A DNA stretch of 64,000 bases from an uncultured Acidobacteriota bacterium (GTDB lineage Bacteria > Acidobacteriota > Terriglobia > Bryobacterales > UBA6623). The notes under the pieces are model-generated. The model was not told where the DNA came from. It searched no databases and saw only the letters and a program-made list of their open reading frames with translations. Location of the stretch: the NCBI GenBank assembly GCA_963817465.1, contig CAWFOP010000009.1, positions 93,920 to 157,919 on the forward strand. The letters run 5' to 3'. Below are positions 17,744-28,158 of this stretch, piece by piece. Numbering within the stretch: position 1 is the stretch's first letter; each line of letters begins with the position of its first letter. The position numbers and the translations under genes were made by a program.

Positions 17744-20700
17744 CTAGGCGGCCACTCTTTTGAGCAGCTCGCGCAACGAATCGAGCAGTTCCGGGCCGGC
17801 CTGAGGGGCGTTTTGCCAGAGCATTTCTCCGGTGGGCGAGAAGCTGGCGCCGGGCGTGGTCGCGACCACGCGCATCAGCCGCTGCGGGTCGACCTTGGAG
17901 TCTTCGCGGAATTTAATGGAGATCCGTGTGGCGCGGCGCTCGATCGACTCGACGCGCAGCTTCTCGGCCAGCGATTTGAGTTGCGAGTAGTCCATCAGGT
18001 TACGGACGGCCTCGGGCGGCGGGCCGTAGCGGTCGGTCAGCTCGGCCTCGAGCGCCGCGCGGTCCTCGGCTCCCGAAATCGCGGCGAGCCGCTTGTAGGC
18101 GCGGAGTCTTTGCGTCTCGTCCGCAATATAGTCGGCCGGGATGTGGATGTCGGTTTGCAGCCGGAGCTGGGTGCGGACATCCTCCTCGACCTGCTCGCCG
18201 CGCAGCTCGCGCACGGTCTCTTCGAGCAGTCGGCAATACGTCTCGAATCCGACCGCCCCGATGTGGCCGCTTTGTTCGGCGCCCAACAGGTTGCCCGCGC
18301 CGCGCAATTCCAGGTCAAGAGCGGCGATCTTGAAGCCCGCGCCGAGCTCGGAGAATTCTTTCAATGCGGCCAGGCGCTTGCGAGCGACGTCGGTCAGCTC
18401 GCGGTCTTCGGGGATCAGCAGGTAGGCGTAGGCGCGGCGGTCGGATCGCCCGACGCGGCCGCGGAGCTGATAAAGCTCGCTGAGGCCGTAGTGATCCGCC
18501 TGGTCGATGACGATCGTGTTGGCCAGCGGTATGTCGAGCCCGTTCTCGACAATTGTGGTCGCCACGAGCACGTCGTTCTCGTGGTTCATGAACTTCAAGA
18601 TCACCTTTTCGAGCTCGCTTTCAGCCATTTGGCCGTGGCCGACGCCGACGCGGACCCCGGGCGCAAGCTCTTGAATGTGCGCCGCGATCGACCAGATCGT
18701 CTCGACGCGGTTGTGGATGTAATAAACCTGGCCGCCGCGCGCGACCTCGCGCTCGATAGCGGTCTTGACCAGGCCGCTGGAAAAGGCGCCACGACGGTCT
18801 GAATGGCGAGGCGGTCCTTCGGCGGCGTCTGGATGATCGAGATGTCGCGCAGGCCGACCAGCGACATGTGGAGCGTGCGGGGAATCGGCGTGGCGCTCAT
18901 TGACAGCACGTCGACGTCCTTCTTGATTTGCTTGAGCCGCTCCTTGTGCCGCACGCCGAAACGCTGTTCCTCGTCGACGATCATCAACCCCAGGTCGGCG
19001 AACTCGACGTCCTTGGACAAGATGCGGTGCGTGCCGATCAGCACGTCCACTTCGCCCAGGGCGACGCGCTCGACGATCGCTTGCTGCTCCTTGCGCGAGC
19101 GGAAGCGGTTGAGCATCTCGACCGTCACGGGGAAGGACGCGAAGCGCTGGCGGAACGTCTCGAAGTGCTGGAATGAAAGGACCGTCGTCGGCGCCAGAAC
19201 CGCGACCTGTTTGTCGTCGCCCAGCGCCTTGAACGCGGCGCGCATCGCCACTTCGGTCTTGCCGAACCCGACATCGCCGCAGATGAGGCGATCCATCGCC
19301 TGGGACGACTCCATGTCGCGTTTGACGTCTTCAAAGGCCTTGACCTGGTCCGGCGTCGGCGTGTATTTGAAGGAGTCTTCCAGCTCGCGCTGCCATTCCC
19401 CGTCCGGCGAGTAGGAAAAGCCCGAGGCGAGCCGCCGTTGGGCGTAGAGCTTGAGCAGCTCGTCGGCCATGTCGACGAGCCTGGCCTTGATGCGAGCCTT
19501 CGTCTTCTTCCAGGATTGCCCGCCCATGCGGTCGAGCTGCGGCGACCGCCCGCCGGCGCCGTGGAACTTCTCGAGCAAGTCGAGACGCGACAGCGGCACG
19601 TAGAGCTTCGCGTTGTCGGCGTACTCGATCATCATCAGGTCTTCCTGACGCGAGCCCTGTTCGACCTTGGTCATGCCGAGGTAGCGCCCGACGCCGTGTT
19701 CGGTGTGAACGATCAGGTCCCCCGGCTTGAGGTCTTCGAGATCGGAGAGGAACGTCGAAGCGGCTGACTTGCGCTTTTCAGGCTTGGCGACCAGGTCGGA
19801 CCCGGAGAAGATGTCTTCCGAGCCGTAGATCAGCAGGCCCGCATCAGGAAACGCGACGCCGTCGCGGATGTTGGCCTTGGTGATGACCGCGCCGACTGTC
19901 GCTCCGCCCAGCGAGGCGCGCTCCTGCAGGTAGGGGCTCAGCTTGCCCGGGTCGCGCACGCCGAGCTGGTAAGAGACGCCGTATTCGTTGAAGATGTCGG
20001 CGAAACGCTCGACGTCGCCGATCGAGGCCGCGGCGATCAGGGCTTGGGCGCCCTGCGCAAGCCGGGCCTTGAGCTCCTGGACGGCGTGGGCGATATTGCC
20101 TTGGAAGCGCGGCGTGGTCTGCGTGCGGAGCTCCGGGGGCGCCTCCTCATCATGGGCGGCATGGGCGACGTCGAGTCCCAACGGATCGAAGAAGATCTGA
20201 CGGCGGCGCGCCGCGCTGTTGCGCAACTGCTCGAGGGTCCAGTAGAAGCGGCCCCGCGGCGGGCCGTCGTTGGACGCGGCGGCGCGTTCGTCGAGCTTTT
20301 CCTGGTGACGCGCCGCCTCTTGGGCGATAGCCGACGGATCGCACCAGACCACAATCGGACGGTCCGCCAAGTCGAGTAGAGAGGCCTGACGCCGTTCGGC
20401 CACGGATTCTGAAAACTCCCAGCCGGATCGCAGCAGCGCCTCGTCTCCTTCGCCGACCAGCGCCGCAACGGAATATTCAGACAGCGGCAGCAGCGTCACT
20501 CGGCCGAGGTGCTGCACGCTCTTCTGCGTTTCGGGGTCGTACTCGCGAATCGACTCGACCTGATCGCCCAGCATTTCGAGCCGCACCGGCCGCGGGCTCT
20601 CCGGCGAGAACACGTCCAAGATTCCGCCGCGAATCGAGAACTGCCCAACCATCTCGACCGGTTCGTTCCGCTGGTAGCCGACCGAGCTCAGCCCCTCTTC

Positions 20701-21198
20701 GAGGTCTTCGAGAAAGAATTCGTCTCCGACCTCGAGGGACCACGAAAGATTCTTGACAAAGCTCGAGTCGGGCGTTTTGAGCAGCGCGGCGGCGACCGGA
20801 CAGACGACGATCGAGGCCGAGCCGTCGGCTAGACGGCCGAGGGAGATGCCGCGCGTTTCGCTGATCTCGGCGTGCGGCGAGAGGCCGTCGTACGGCGTGA
20901 CGTCCTGGGCGGGCAACAACGTCGGCGCGGCGCGCCGGTGATCGTCCGACAGCAGAGAGAAGACCGCTGCGGCCGTCTCGACGAACGCGTCCGCGGCCGA
21001 TCCGGTCGAGGTGACGGCGATGATCGGACGTTCGACGTAGCGGTGCAGGAGCACGCACAGAATCGCCTGCGCGGTGAGGTTGGGGCCGACGATCTGCGCC
21101 TCGGCCGGCTCGCCTTTGCGTAGGGCGGCCAGAGCCGTTTGAAAGGCCGGCTGGCGAGCGACACGCTCGAACAGATCGCGGAGGGCGGGGGAAACCAA
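17744..21198 (-). pseudogene. mfd: Transcription-repair coupling factor, split by a -1 frameshift as sequenced
   Basis: ORF 18601..21198(-) carries 'FSIRGGILDVF', 'LKPGDLIVHTEHGVGRY', 'LICGDVGFGKTEVA', 'LMIVDEEQRFG'. ORF 17744..18628(-) carries 'TTIVENGLDIPLANTIVI', 'QLRGRVGRS'. The frame is lost after 'IQTVVAPF'. Adding one A to the aaaa run at 18781-18784 gives '...APFSSGLVKTAIEREVARGGQVYYIHNRVETI...'. Span is 3455 nt (3n+2). Confidence 0.92.
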
Positions 21199-21238
21199 GG
21201 CGGCAAAGGAGACGGCGAATCAGCCGATTCCTGACTGA

Positions 21239-21748
21239 TTACATCATACGTATCGGAGGCGAATCGTCGATTTCGTCCGCGTGGCGATCAAGTATTTTCC
21301 GGACGACATCGGTTGTCGAGTAGCCCGGCTCGAGCGGGATCGGGAAGACCTCGCCGCCGGCCGCCTCGACAATCTCGCGACCGGCGATCCAATGCGACCA
21401 ATCGGCGCCTTTGACGAGGACATCCGGAACGATATAGGCGATCAGCTCTTCCGGCGTATCTTGATCGAACAAGGTGACGGCGTCGATCGACTCGAAGGCG
21501 GCCAGCGTGGCGGCGCGCTCCCGCTCGGGCAGGATCGGCCGCGACGGACCTTTGAGCCGCTTCACGCTGGCGTCGCTGTTGATCGCAAGGATCAGCCGGT
21601 CGCCGCAGTCCCGGGCGCGCTCGAGGACCCGCACGTGGCCGGGGTGCAACAAGTCGAAGCAACCGTTCGTGAAAACTACCTTTTCGCCGTTCGCGCGCCA
21701 GCTCTCCCGCCTCGCGCAAAGGGCGTCCCAGTCGAGAACCGTTCCCAT
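21239..21748 (-). CDS. Cytidylyltransferase-like nucleotidyltransferase (RfaE domain II / heptose-1-phosphate adenylyltransferase-like)
   Basis: ORF 21239..21829(-), trimmed to ATG 21748 ('MGTVLDWDAL'). 'VVFTNGCFDLLHPGHV' is the HxGH motif; also 'INSDASVKRLKG'. Confidence 0.8.
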   Translation of the reverse strand: MGTVLDWDALCARRESWRANGEKVVFTNGCFDLLHPGHVRVLERARDCGDRLILAINSDASVKRLKGPSRPILPERERAATLAAFESIDAVTLFDQDTPEELIAYIVPDVLVKGADWSHWIAGREIVEAAGGEVFPIPLEPGYSTTDVVRKILDRHADEIDDSPPIRMM

Positions 21749-22005
21749 ACGCTCTGAATTGTACCGGGACGCTCCTCGTTGGTCACACAGGCCTAACTGC
21801 TGTTCCTCCACGCGCCGATATCTACGCATGGAAAGGAAACTGCCGCGGATGACGCAGCCGCATTGGCGCAGAGCCGGGGCCTCATCGGAGAGTCATTGGA
21901 GAGGTGGTATCTTACGGTCAGAGTTGACGGGCTTGTAAAAGCCTGGTTCGACTCGGATCCGCCTCGCGACTTCGCAAATCCCCTCAAAAGACCGATTGCG
22001 CAGCT

Positions 22006-23355
22006 ATGACGCGATTCCTGTACCTTCTCGGCCCCCTCCTCGTACTGTCTCCGTCGGTTGCGGCCGCGGCGCAGGAGGCGGGAGAGCACGGCGGCGAACA
22101 TGGCGGCGCGGCCGCCTTTTTGTTCGAGTTGGTCGCGATTCTGATCGCCGCCAAGATCGGCGGAGAGCTTTTCGAGCGAATGAGTCAACCGGCCGTGCTT
22201 GGAGAGCTCGTCTTCGGCATGCTTCTCGGCAACTTGAATCTGCTCGGGTGGACCTTCATGTCCGGATTCAAGGACGACCAGTTTCTCGCCTTGGCGGCCG
22301 AGATCGGGGTCATCCTGCTGCTGTTCGAAGTCGGCCTGGAATCGAATATCGATGAATTGATGGCGGTGGGAGCCTCGGCGACGCTCGTGGCGGTGTTGGG
22401 AGTGATTGCTCCCGTCATCCTGGGCTACGGCGTCTCCATCTGGTTCCTGCCGGACGACCCGTGGTACGTGCACTTGTTCGCGGGAGCGACGCTGGCGGCG
22501 ACGAGCGTCGGGATTACGGCGAGAGTGCTCAAGGACATGCACAAGATGGATACGAAGGAGGCGCGCATCATCTTGGGCGCCGCCGTCGTGGACGATGTCT
22601 TGGGCCTGATCATTCTGGCGGTCGTCTCGGGCCTGGTGACGTCGATTTCGGAGGGCGAAGGCGCTGAGTTTGCTGCCGGCCCGATCCTTTGGATTATTTT
22701 CAAGGCCGTAGCCTTTTTGGGCATAGCCGTGATCGCGGGTAGGGCGTTGGCCGGTCGGGTGATCAGCTTCGGCTCGCGAGCGCGAGTGGGCGGCATCCCC
22801 GTCGTGCTGACGGTTTGCTGGTGTTTCTTGATGGCGGCCCTGGCCGAGACGATCGGCTTGGCTGCGATTGTCGGCGCATTCGCCGCGGGGCTGGTCCTCG
22901 ACCAAACGCACTACCGCGGCTATAAGTCCATGGAGGCCAAACACGTCGAGGATCTGCTGTCGCCGCTGAGCGCCATCTACGTTCCGGTATTCTTCGTTCT
23001 GATGGGCTTGCGCGTCGATTTGAAGGCGTTTTCTTCGGCAAGCGTCCTCGAATTCGCGGCGTTCCTGAGCGTAGCGGCGATCATCGGCAAACAAGTGTGT
23101 TCCCTCGGCGTTCTCGAGAAGGGCCTGAATCGCGTGGCGATCGGCGTCGGGATGATCCCGCGCGGCGAAGTCGGGCTGATTTTCGCCGGCATCGGCGCCA
23201 CGCTGACGGTGGCGGGACGCCCGGTCTTCTCGTCAGAGACTTTCTCGGCGATGATCGTCATGGTCATGGTCACTACCCTGGCGACGCCTCCTTTGCTGAA
23301 GATAATCTTCTCGAAGTCAACGACGAAGAGCGGTCCGACGACCAGCGACCATTGA
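22006..23355 (+). CDS. Cation:proton antiporter (CPA2 / Na+/H+-exchanger family)
   Basis: 449-aa polytopic membrane ORF with an N-terminal signal-like segment, 'ILIAAKIGGELFERMSQPAVLGELVFGMLLG' and multiple hydrophobic helices. Confidence 0.8.
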   Translation: MTRFLYLLGPLLVLSPSVAAAAQEAGEHGGEHGGAAAFLFELVAILIAAKIGGELFERMSQPAVLGELVFGMLLGNLNLLGWTFMSGFKDDQFLALAAEIGVILLLFEVGLESNIDELMAVGASATLVAVLGVIAPVILGYGVSIWFLPDDPWYVHLFAGATLAATSVGITARVLKDMHKMDTKEARIILGAAVVDDVLGLIILAVVSGLVTSISEGEGAEFAAGPILWIIFKAVAFLGIAVIAGRALAGRVISFGSRARVGGIPVVLTVCWCFLMAALAETIGLAAIVGAFAAGLVLDQTHYRGYKSMEAKHVEDLLSPLSAIYVPVFFVLMGLRVDLKAFSSASVLEFAAFLSVAAIIGKQVCSLGVLEKGLNRVAIGVGMIPRGEVGLIFAGIGATLTVAGRPVFSSETFSAMIVMVMVTTLATPPLLKIIFSKSTTKSGPTTSDH

Positions 23356-23460
23356 AGCCGCACCCGGACTACTCGGCCTTGCTCTCGATTTTGCGACACT
23401 GGGAAGCGGCGCTGGCCTCTGGCGCAGCGCCCGCCGCGAACCGCACATCCCTGATCAGCC

Positions 23461-24543
23461 ATGAAGCTCAATATTCTCGTTTTGCCCGGCGACGGTATCG
23501 GCCCTGAAGTCATCCGTGAAGCGATCCGCGTTCTCGAGCACGTAGCCAAAAAGTGGAGCCACGAGCTCAACCTCAGCGAAGGACTGCTCGGCGGCGTGGC
23601 CATTCACAAGACCGGCGGACCGTTTCCCGCCGAGACACGCCGGAAAGCGCTCGCGGCCGACGCCACATTGCTGGGCGCCGTGGGTCTTCCGGAGTTCGAC
23701 GACCTGCCTCCGTCGGAGCGCCCGGAGAAGGGCTTGCTCGACATACGCAAAGCTCTCGACGTATTCGCTAACCTACGGCCGGTGGTTGCGTTCGAGAGCC
23801 TGCTCGACTCGTCTCCGTTGAAGAATTCAATCGTCGAAGGGACGGACATCCTGATCGTCCGCGAATTGACGGGCGGGCTTTACTTCGGCGAGCCGCGGGG
23901 CGTCGAGATTCAGGACGGCGAGGAAACCGTCATCAACTCGATGGTGTACCGCCGGTCCGAGATCGAGCGCGTGCTGCGGGTGGCCTTCAAGCTCGCACGA
24001 GGCCGCCGCAAGAAGCTGAGTTCGGTCGACAAGGCGAACGTACTCGAAAATTCGCAGTTGTGGCGTCGCGTCGCCAACGAGATTGCGAAGGACTATCCGG
24101 ACGTTCAGCTCGAGCATGTGCTGGTTGACAACTGCGCGATGCAGTTGATTCTGCGTCCGGCGACCTTCGATGTGGTGGTGACGGAGAACCTGTTCGGCGA
24201 CATCCTGAGCGACGAGGCGTCGGTCCTGGCCGGGTCGATCGGCATGCTGCCGTCCGCGTCGATCGGATATCCCCTCCCCTCCGGGGCGTGGCGAGGCCTC
24301 TACGAGCCGGTGCACGGGTCGGCGCCGGACATCGCGGGCCAAGGCCGCGCGAATCCGCTGGCGGCGATCGGGTCGGCCGCCTCGATGCTGAACTACAGCT
24401 TTGGGTTGGCCGAAGAAGCGGCGGCGATCGAGCGCGCCATGGAACAAGTGCTCAAGTCTGGAAACGTCACCGCCGACCTCAAACCCAAGGGCGCGGCGGC
24501 ATCAACGTCGCAAGTGGGCCAAGCGGTTTGTGACGCCATCTGA
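23461..24543 (+). CDS. leuB: 3-isopropylmalate dehydrogenase
   Basis: 360-aa ORF. 'ILVLPGDGIGPEV', 'DIRKALDVFANLRP', 'NLFGDILSDEAS', 'HGSAPDIAGQGRANP'. Confidence 0.95.
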   Translation: MKLNILVLPGDGIGPEVIREAIRVLEHVAKKWSHELNLSEGLLGGVAIHKTGGPFPAETRRKALAADATLLGAVGLPEFDDLPPSERPEKGLLDIRKALDVFANLRPVVAFESLLDSSPLKNSIVEGTDILIVRELTGGLYFGEPRGVEIQDGEETVINSMVYRRSEIERVLRVAFKLARGRRKKLSSVDKANVLENSQLWRRVANEIAKDYPDVQLEHVLVDNCAMQLILRPATFDVVVTENLFGDILSDEASVLAGSIGMLPSASIGYPLPSGAWRGLYEPVHGSAPDIAGQGRANPLAAIGSAASMLNYSFGLAEEAAAIERAMEQVLKSGNVTADLKPKGAAASTSQVGQAVCDAI

Positions 24544-24583
24544 GCGGCCGCCTCGGGCCGCTCCCCCAACTGGCGCCGCTGAA

Positions 24584-24610
24584 AGACCCGCCGACGGCGG
24601 TCTCTTTCTG
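24584..24610 (+). terminator. Candidate rho-independent terminator after leuB
   Basis: agacccgcc-gac-ggcggtct forms an 8-bp GC-rich stem with one bulged C, followed by ctttct. It lies about 40 nt after the leuB stop. The T-tract is weak. Confidence 0.4.
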
Positions 24611-24800
24611 AAGAACTAAACCGAAGTCCTAGGGTCCTTTAGGCGCCGGGCCGCCGGTTGCTCGGGAATACCCCAGGGTCACTTAAGGCCACTGTCGAAT
24701 AGGCCCGACCGCTAGCCGCCCTCAACCATACAGGAGAAAGGAATAGCTCCGTCGCACGAGGTGTCCTAGGGACCCCGAGCGCAGGAGTAGTGATCTCTGA

Positions 24801-25484
24801 ATGAACATCCAGCTCCGTAGCGTCCTGGAGATGGTCCTGGCGGCCTGCATTCTGGCGGGGACGCCTGGCCTGCGCGCCGGGGGAATCGTCCATACGCCAG
24901 GCTCCGAGCCGGTAGCCGCTTCTCCTTGGAACGGCGCTCTGGTGGAAGCGCTCGGAACAAGCTATGTAACTTTCGGCGTCGATTACAGCTTTGGGGGCAG
25001 CGAAGGAATCTTCTTGGATGAAGCTGTTCCGAAGAAGGCCTTCGCGGGCGTAACAGGGGGCAACATGGACCTGTTGGCCTCGATCGATGGGCGAATCGTC
25101 GTGCTGGGCACGACGCAACAGGGTCTGACCAACCGCGTGGAGGTCGTAGCCGGCAACACATTCGGCCCCGGAGTTTTGTTGCTTCAAGCCTTTGACGTCA
25201 ATAACAACGTAGTCGCGACGGCGACCAACGACAATTTGGGAGTTGGGGCTGGAGACGGACTAGACCGCCTCGTCATCAGCCGGTCGGTGTACGACATCGC
25301 GTACTTCAGAATCTCCACTTCCAATAACGATGGGTTCGGCGTCAGACTGGTGACCTTGCACACGCCGATCCACGGCCCGCCCATCGCCTCCATTGCGGCG
25401 GTGCCGGAGCCCGGAACACTGCTGATGTTTGGAGCAGGCCTTGGCCTGATCGGGCTAGGGCGCTATCGGCGCAGGGCCGCCTGA
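24801..25484 (+). CDS. PEP-CTERM sorting-domain protein (secreted, exosortase cargo)
   Basis: 227-aa ORF with an N-terminal signal-like segment. The C-terminus 'AAVPEPGTLLMFGAGLGLIGLGRYRRRAA' has the PEP motif, a TM helix and a basic tail. AGGAG lies 14 nt upstream. Confidence 0.88.
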   Translation: MNIQLRSVLEMVLAACILAGTPGLRAGGIVHTPGSEPVAASPWNGALVEALGTSYVTFGVDYSFGGSEGIFLDEAVPKKAFAGVTGGNMDLLASIDGRIVVLGTTQQGLTNRVEVVAGNTFGPGVLLLQAFDVNNNVVATATNDNLGVGAGDGLDRLVISRSVYDIAYFRISTSNNDGFGVRLVTLHTPIHGPPIASIAAVPEPGTLLMFGAGLGLIGLGRYRRRAA

Positions 25485-25514
25485 GAAGGGGCGCAGCGCC
25501 GTCGGACGGTCGCC

Positions 25515-26630
25515 TCACGGGAAGCTTTTCGCTCGAGGCCGCGCGTTGAGCACCTCGCGATAGAGTTTCCGATACTGGTCCGCCGAATTCTCGAGCGAGT
25601 ATCTTTCCATCACCAAACGCTGGGCGTTTCGACCGAGACGATCACGCAGATCCTCGGATTCCACCAGGCGCCCCATAGCTGCGGTCAATTCATCCTCGTT
25701 CCGCGATTCCACGAGGAATCCCGTTTCGTCGTTTCTGACGACGGCGGGCACGCCGCCGACATTTGTCGACACGATCGCCTTTCTCGCCGCCATGGCCTCC
25801 AGCAGAGACAGGGGCAGTCCCTCCGCGGTCGACGCGAGCGCAAAGACGTCCATGGCAGCCAACAATTGCGGAATATCCCGCCTCGCGCCGAGAAAGCGGA
25901 CCTTTTCGCCCACGTTGAGAGAACCGCACAGCCGCTCCAAGCGGGCCCGCTCCTGCCCATCCCCCACGAGCAGCAGCACGGCGCGAGGATGACTCAACAA
26001 GACTTTTGCGAAGGCGGAGACCAAAAGCGCGTGGTTCTTGACCGGGTCAAGCCTTGCAACGCTGCCGATTACGACCTCGTCTCCGGTCAGGCCCAGGGCG
26101 GAACGGTCGGCCAACGTAGAACCGAAACGTTGTACGTCGACGCCATTCACGATGGTCCGGACCTTCTCGTCGGGCAAGCCCAGACGGCCCTTGAGATAGT
26201 CCGCCGTTTCTTGGTTGACCGCCGTGACGGCCGCACAAAGATTACTCAGGCGTTGGAGCAGCGCTCCCGCGCGGCCGACCTGAAGTGAGAAGTACTCGTG
26301 CTCGGTGTGAACGATGGGACGGAATCGCAGTTTGGCGGCGGGAAGGGCATAAACGAGCTCGTGTAGGTGATGCGTGTGAACGATGTCCGGCTGAAAACGG
26401 CCCATTGCGCTCCATAGCTTCCGGATGGGATTGAGAAGGCCGCGATTCTCCCGGGCGATGTTCCAAGTAGGCGTCCCTCGATCTCGCAGCTCGTTTTCCA
26501 GCAAGCCGCCGCCTTCCAGAGCGGCAACGCCATGAGCGAAGTCCGGCAGCGATTCAACCAGATCGCGAACGACCATCTCGGAGCCGCCGACCTGAAAGGA
26601 ATAGATGACATGGAAGATCCTTTGAAGCAT
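25515..26630 (-). CDS. Glycosyltransferase family 4 (PEP-CTERM/EPS-locus type)
   Basis: ORF 25515..26675(-), trimmed to ATG 26630 ('MLQRIFHVIYSFQVGGSEMVV'). C-terminal 'EGLPLSLLEAMAARKAIVSTNVGGVPAVV'. Confidence 0.85.
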   Translation of the reverse strand: MLQRIFHVIYSFQVGGSEMVVRDLVESLPDFAHGVAALEGGGLLENELRDRGTPTWNIARENRGLLNPIRKLWSAMGRFQPDIVHTHHLHELVYALPAAKLRFRPIVHTEHEYFSLQVGRAGALLQRLSNLCAAVTAVNQETADYLKGRLGLPDEKVRTIVNGVDVQRFGSTLADRSALGLTGDEVVIGSVARLDPVKNHALLVSAFAKVLLSHPRAVLLLVGDGQERARLERLCGSLNVGEKVRFLGARRDIPQLLAAMDVFALASTAEGLPLSLLEAMAARKAIVSTNVGGVPAVVRNDETGFLVESRNEDELTAAMGRLVESEDLRDRLGRNAQRLVMERYSLENSADQYRKLYREVLNARPRAKSFP

Positions 26631-26989
26631 CCCGCTCAACGATCGCCGCGGCGAGGCGCGCCGCCGAAGTACCAATCATGCCACGAAAGGCCGGCGGGAC
26701 CAGCGTTTTGACATCGGACCGCCCCATCCGGCGTCCGGGTTGGCTATCAAAGACGTCGGAGGCGATTCAGAGCCGCCGGGCCCTACTGCCTCCAGCCTCG
26801 GCGGGCGGTACGGTCGAGCACGGGTCAAAGACCGCCTCTCGAAGCCGGGACTTCAAGGTCGGAATGTTATGATTTTCCTTGCGGTGCGCCGGCAAGCAAC
26901 GGCGCGGCGCGGCTTCGTCCGAGGTTTGCTCGTACAGCGTTTGCGAAGCGCCTCATACAAAGGCTTCATTTTCTAGTGAAGGGGTCTTA

Positions 26990-28132
26990 ATGTCTCGTCC
27001 CAGGATCGTCTGCGTTGTCGGAGCACGGCCGAACTTCATGAAAATGGCCCCCTTAGTTGAACAACTCCGTCAAACGGACGAGTTTGACATCACGTTGGTG
27101 CATACGGGTCAGCACTACGACGATCGCATGTCCGGGCTCTTTTTCGAGCAACTCGGACTCCCGAAGCCCGATGTGAATCTCGGAGTCGGGGGCGGTTCTC
27201 ATGCGATCCAGACCGCTCGTATCATGGAGCTTTTCGAGCCCATCCTCCTCGCGGACAATCCGGACCTGGTTGTCGTTGTGGGTGATGTGAATTCCACAAT
27301 CGCCTGCGCGTTGACCGCCGCGAAGCTTTGTATTCCGGTGGCGCACATCGAGGCGGGCCTGAGAAGTTTCGACAGAGCCATGCCGGAAGAGATCAATCGG
27401 ATATTGACTGACTCGATCGCGGATATTCTTTATACAACCGAGCCGTCCGCAAATGAAAATCTTCGAAAAGAAGGTGTCGACGAGCGTCGTATTCAATTTG
27501 TCGGTAACTTGATGATCGACTGCCTGCTAAGTAACAGGGACGCTTCTCGCGCTTCGACGGTCTGTGAGGATTTGGGGCTCGCGCCGAAAGAATACGCCGT
27601 TCTCACTCTTCACCGGCCATCGAATGTCGACGACGCAGATCGGTTGAAGGGACTTTTGGAAGCGGCCGGACATCTCGCAGCCAGTTGTCCGGTCATTTTT
27701 CCTTGTCACCCTCGGACCAGACAACGGATTGAGAGCCTAGGTCCCAAAGATTGGATCGAGATCCAGGGTCCGGCGAGGAATGGAGTTGTAACTCTTACCG
27801 AGCCTCTTGGATACTTGGACTTTCTCAGGCTGGTCAGCGACGCTCGCATGGTCTTGACGGATTCCGGCGGCCTTCAAGAAGAAACCACAATACTACGAGT
27901 GCCTTGCTTGACGCTTCGAAATGAAACCGAACGGCCAATCACAGTGACGTCGGGCTCTAACCGTATCGTAGGAACGGACAGGGACGAGATCATCGCCGAG
28001 ATTGACCGCGCGTTGGCCTCGCCCGAGGCGACCTACGGCGTGCCTGAACTTTGGGACGGTCACGCGGCGGAGCGCGTCGTCGCCAGCCTCCGTGTTTTCC
28101 TTGAACAACGTCGGCCTCCGGGCGCCCAGTAG
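26990..28132 (+). CDS. wecB: UDP-N-acetylglucosamine 2-epimerase (non-hydrolysing)
   Basis: ORF 26879..28132(+), trimmed to ATG 26990 (GAAGGGG upstream). 'VVGARPNFMKMAP', 'HTGQHYD', 'VVGDVNST', 'HIEAGLRSFDRAMPEEINR'. Confidence 0.92.
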   Translation: MSRPRIVCVVGARPNFMKMAPLVEQLRQTDEFDITLVHTGQHYDDRMSGLFFEQLGLPKPDVNLGVGGGSHAIQTARIMELFEPILLADNPDLVVVVGDVNSTIACALTAAKLCIPVAHIEAGLRSFDRAMPEEINRILTDSIADILYTTEPSANENLRKEGVDERRIQFVGNLMIDCLLSNRDASRASTVCEDLGLAPKEYAVLTLHRPSNVDDADRLKGLLEAAGHLAASCPVIFPCHPRTRQRIESLGPKDWIEIQGPARNGVVTLTEPLGYLDFLRLVSDARMVLTDSGGLQEETTILRVPCLTLRNETERPITVTSGSNRIVGTDRDEIIAEIDRALASPEATYGVPELWDGHAAERVVASLRVFLEQRRPPGAQ

Positions 28133-28158
28133 GATATTCGCCGCCATCCGTAGCTCAA

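Noticed and set aside
15246-18802. Long plus-strand ORFs 15246..16361 (371 aa), 16425..17606 (393 aa) and 17672..18802 (376 aa)
   Set aside because: They are antisense to the YhaM-like, SurA-like and mfd genes. Their translations are dominated by R/A/G/L/V/D runs with no motifs. They are shadow ORFs.
21749-22005. Possible metal/cation riboswitch in the 257-nt leader of the CPA2 antiporter (contains ggagagtcattggagagg and a GGCTT-GTAA-AAGCC hairpin)
   Set aside because: It does not match the yybP-ykoY, nhaA-I or other cation riboswitch consensus as I remember them. It is also a divergent promoter region, so length alone is not informative.
21793-23094. 433-aa minus-strand ORF antisense to the CPA2 antiporter
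   Set aside because: R/D/Q/H/E-rich with no hydrophobic core or motif, whereas the plus strand gives a coherent polytopic membrane protein.
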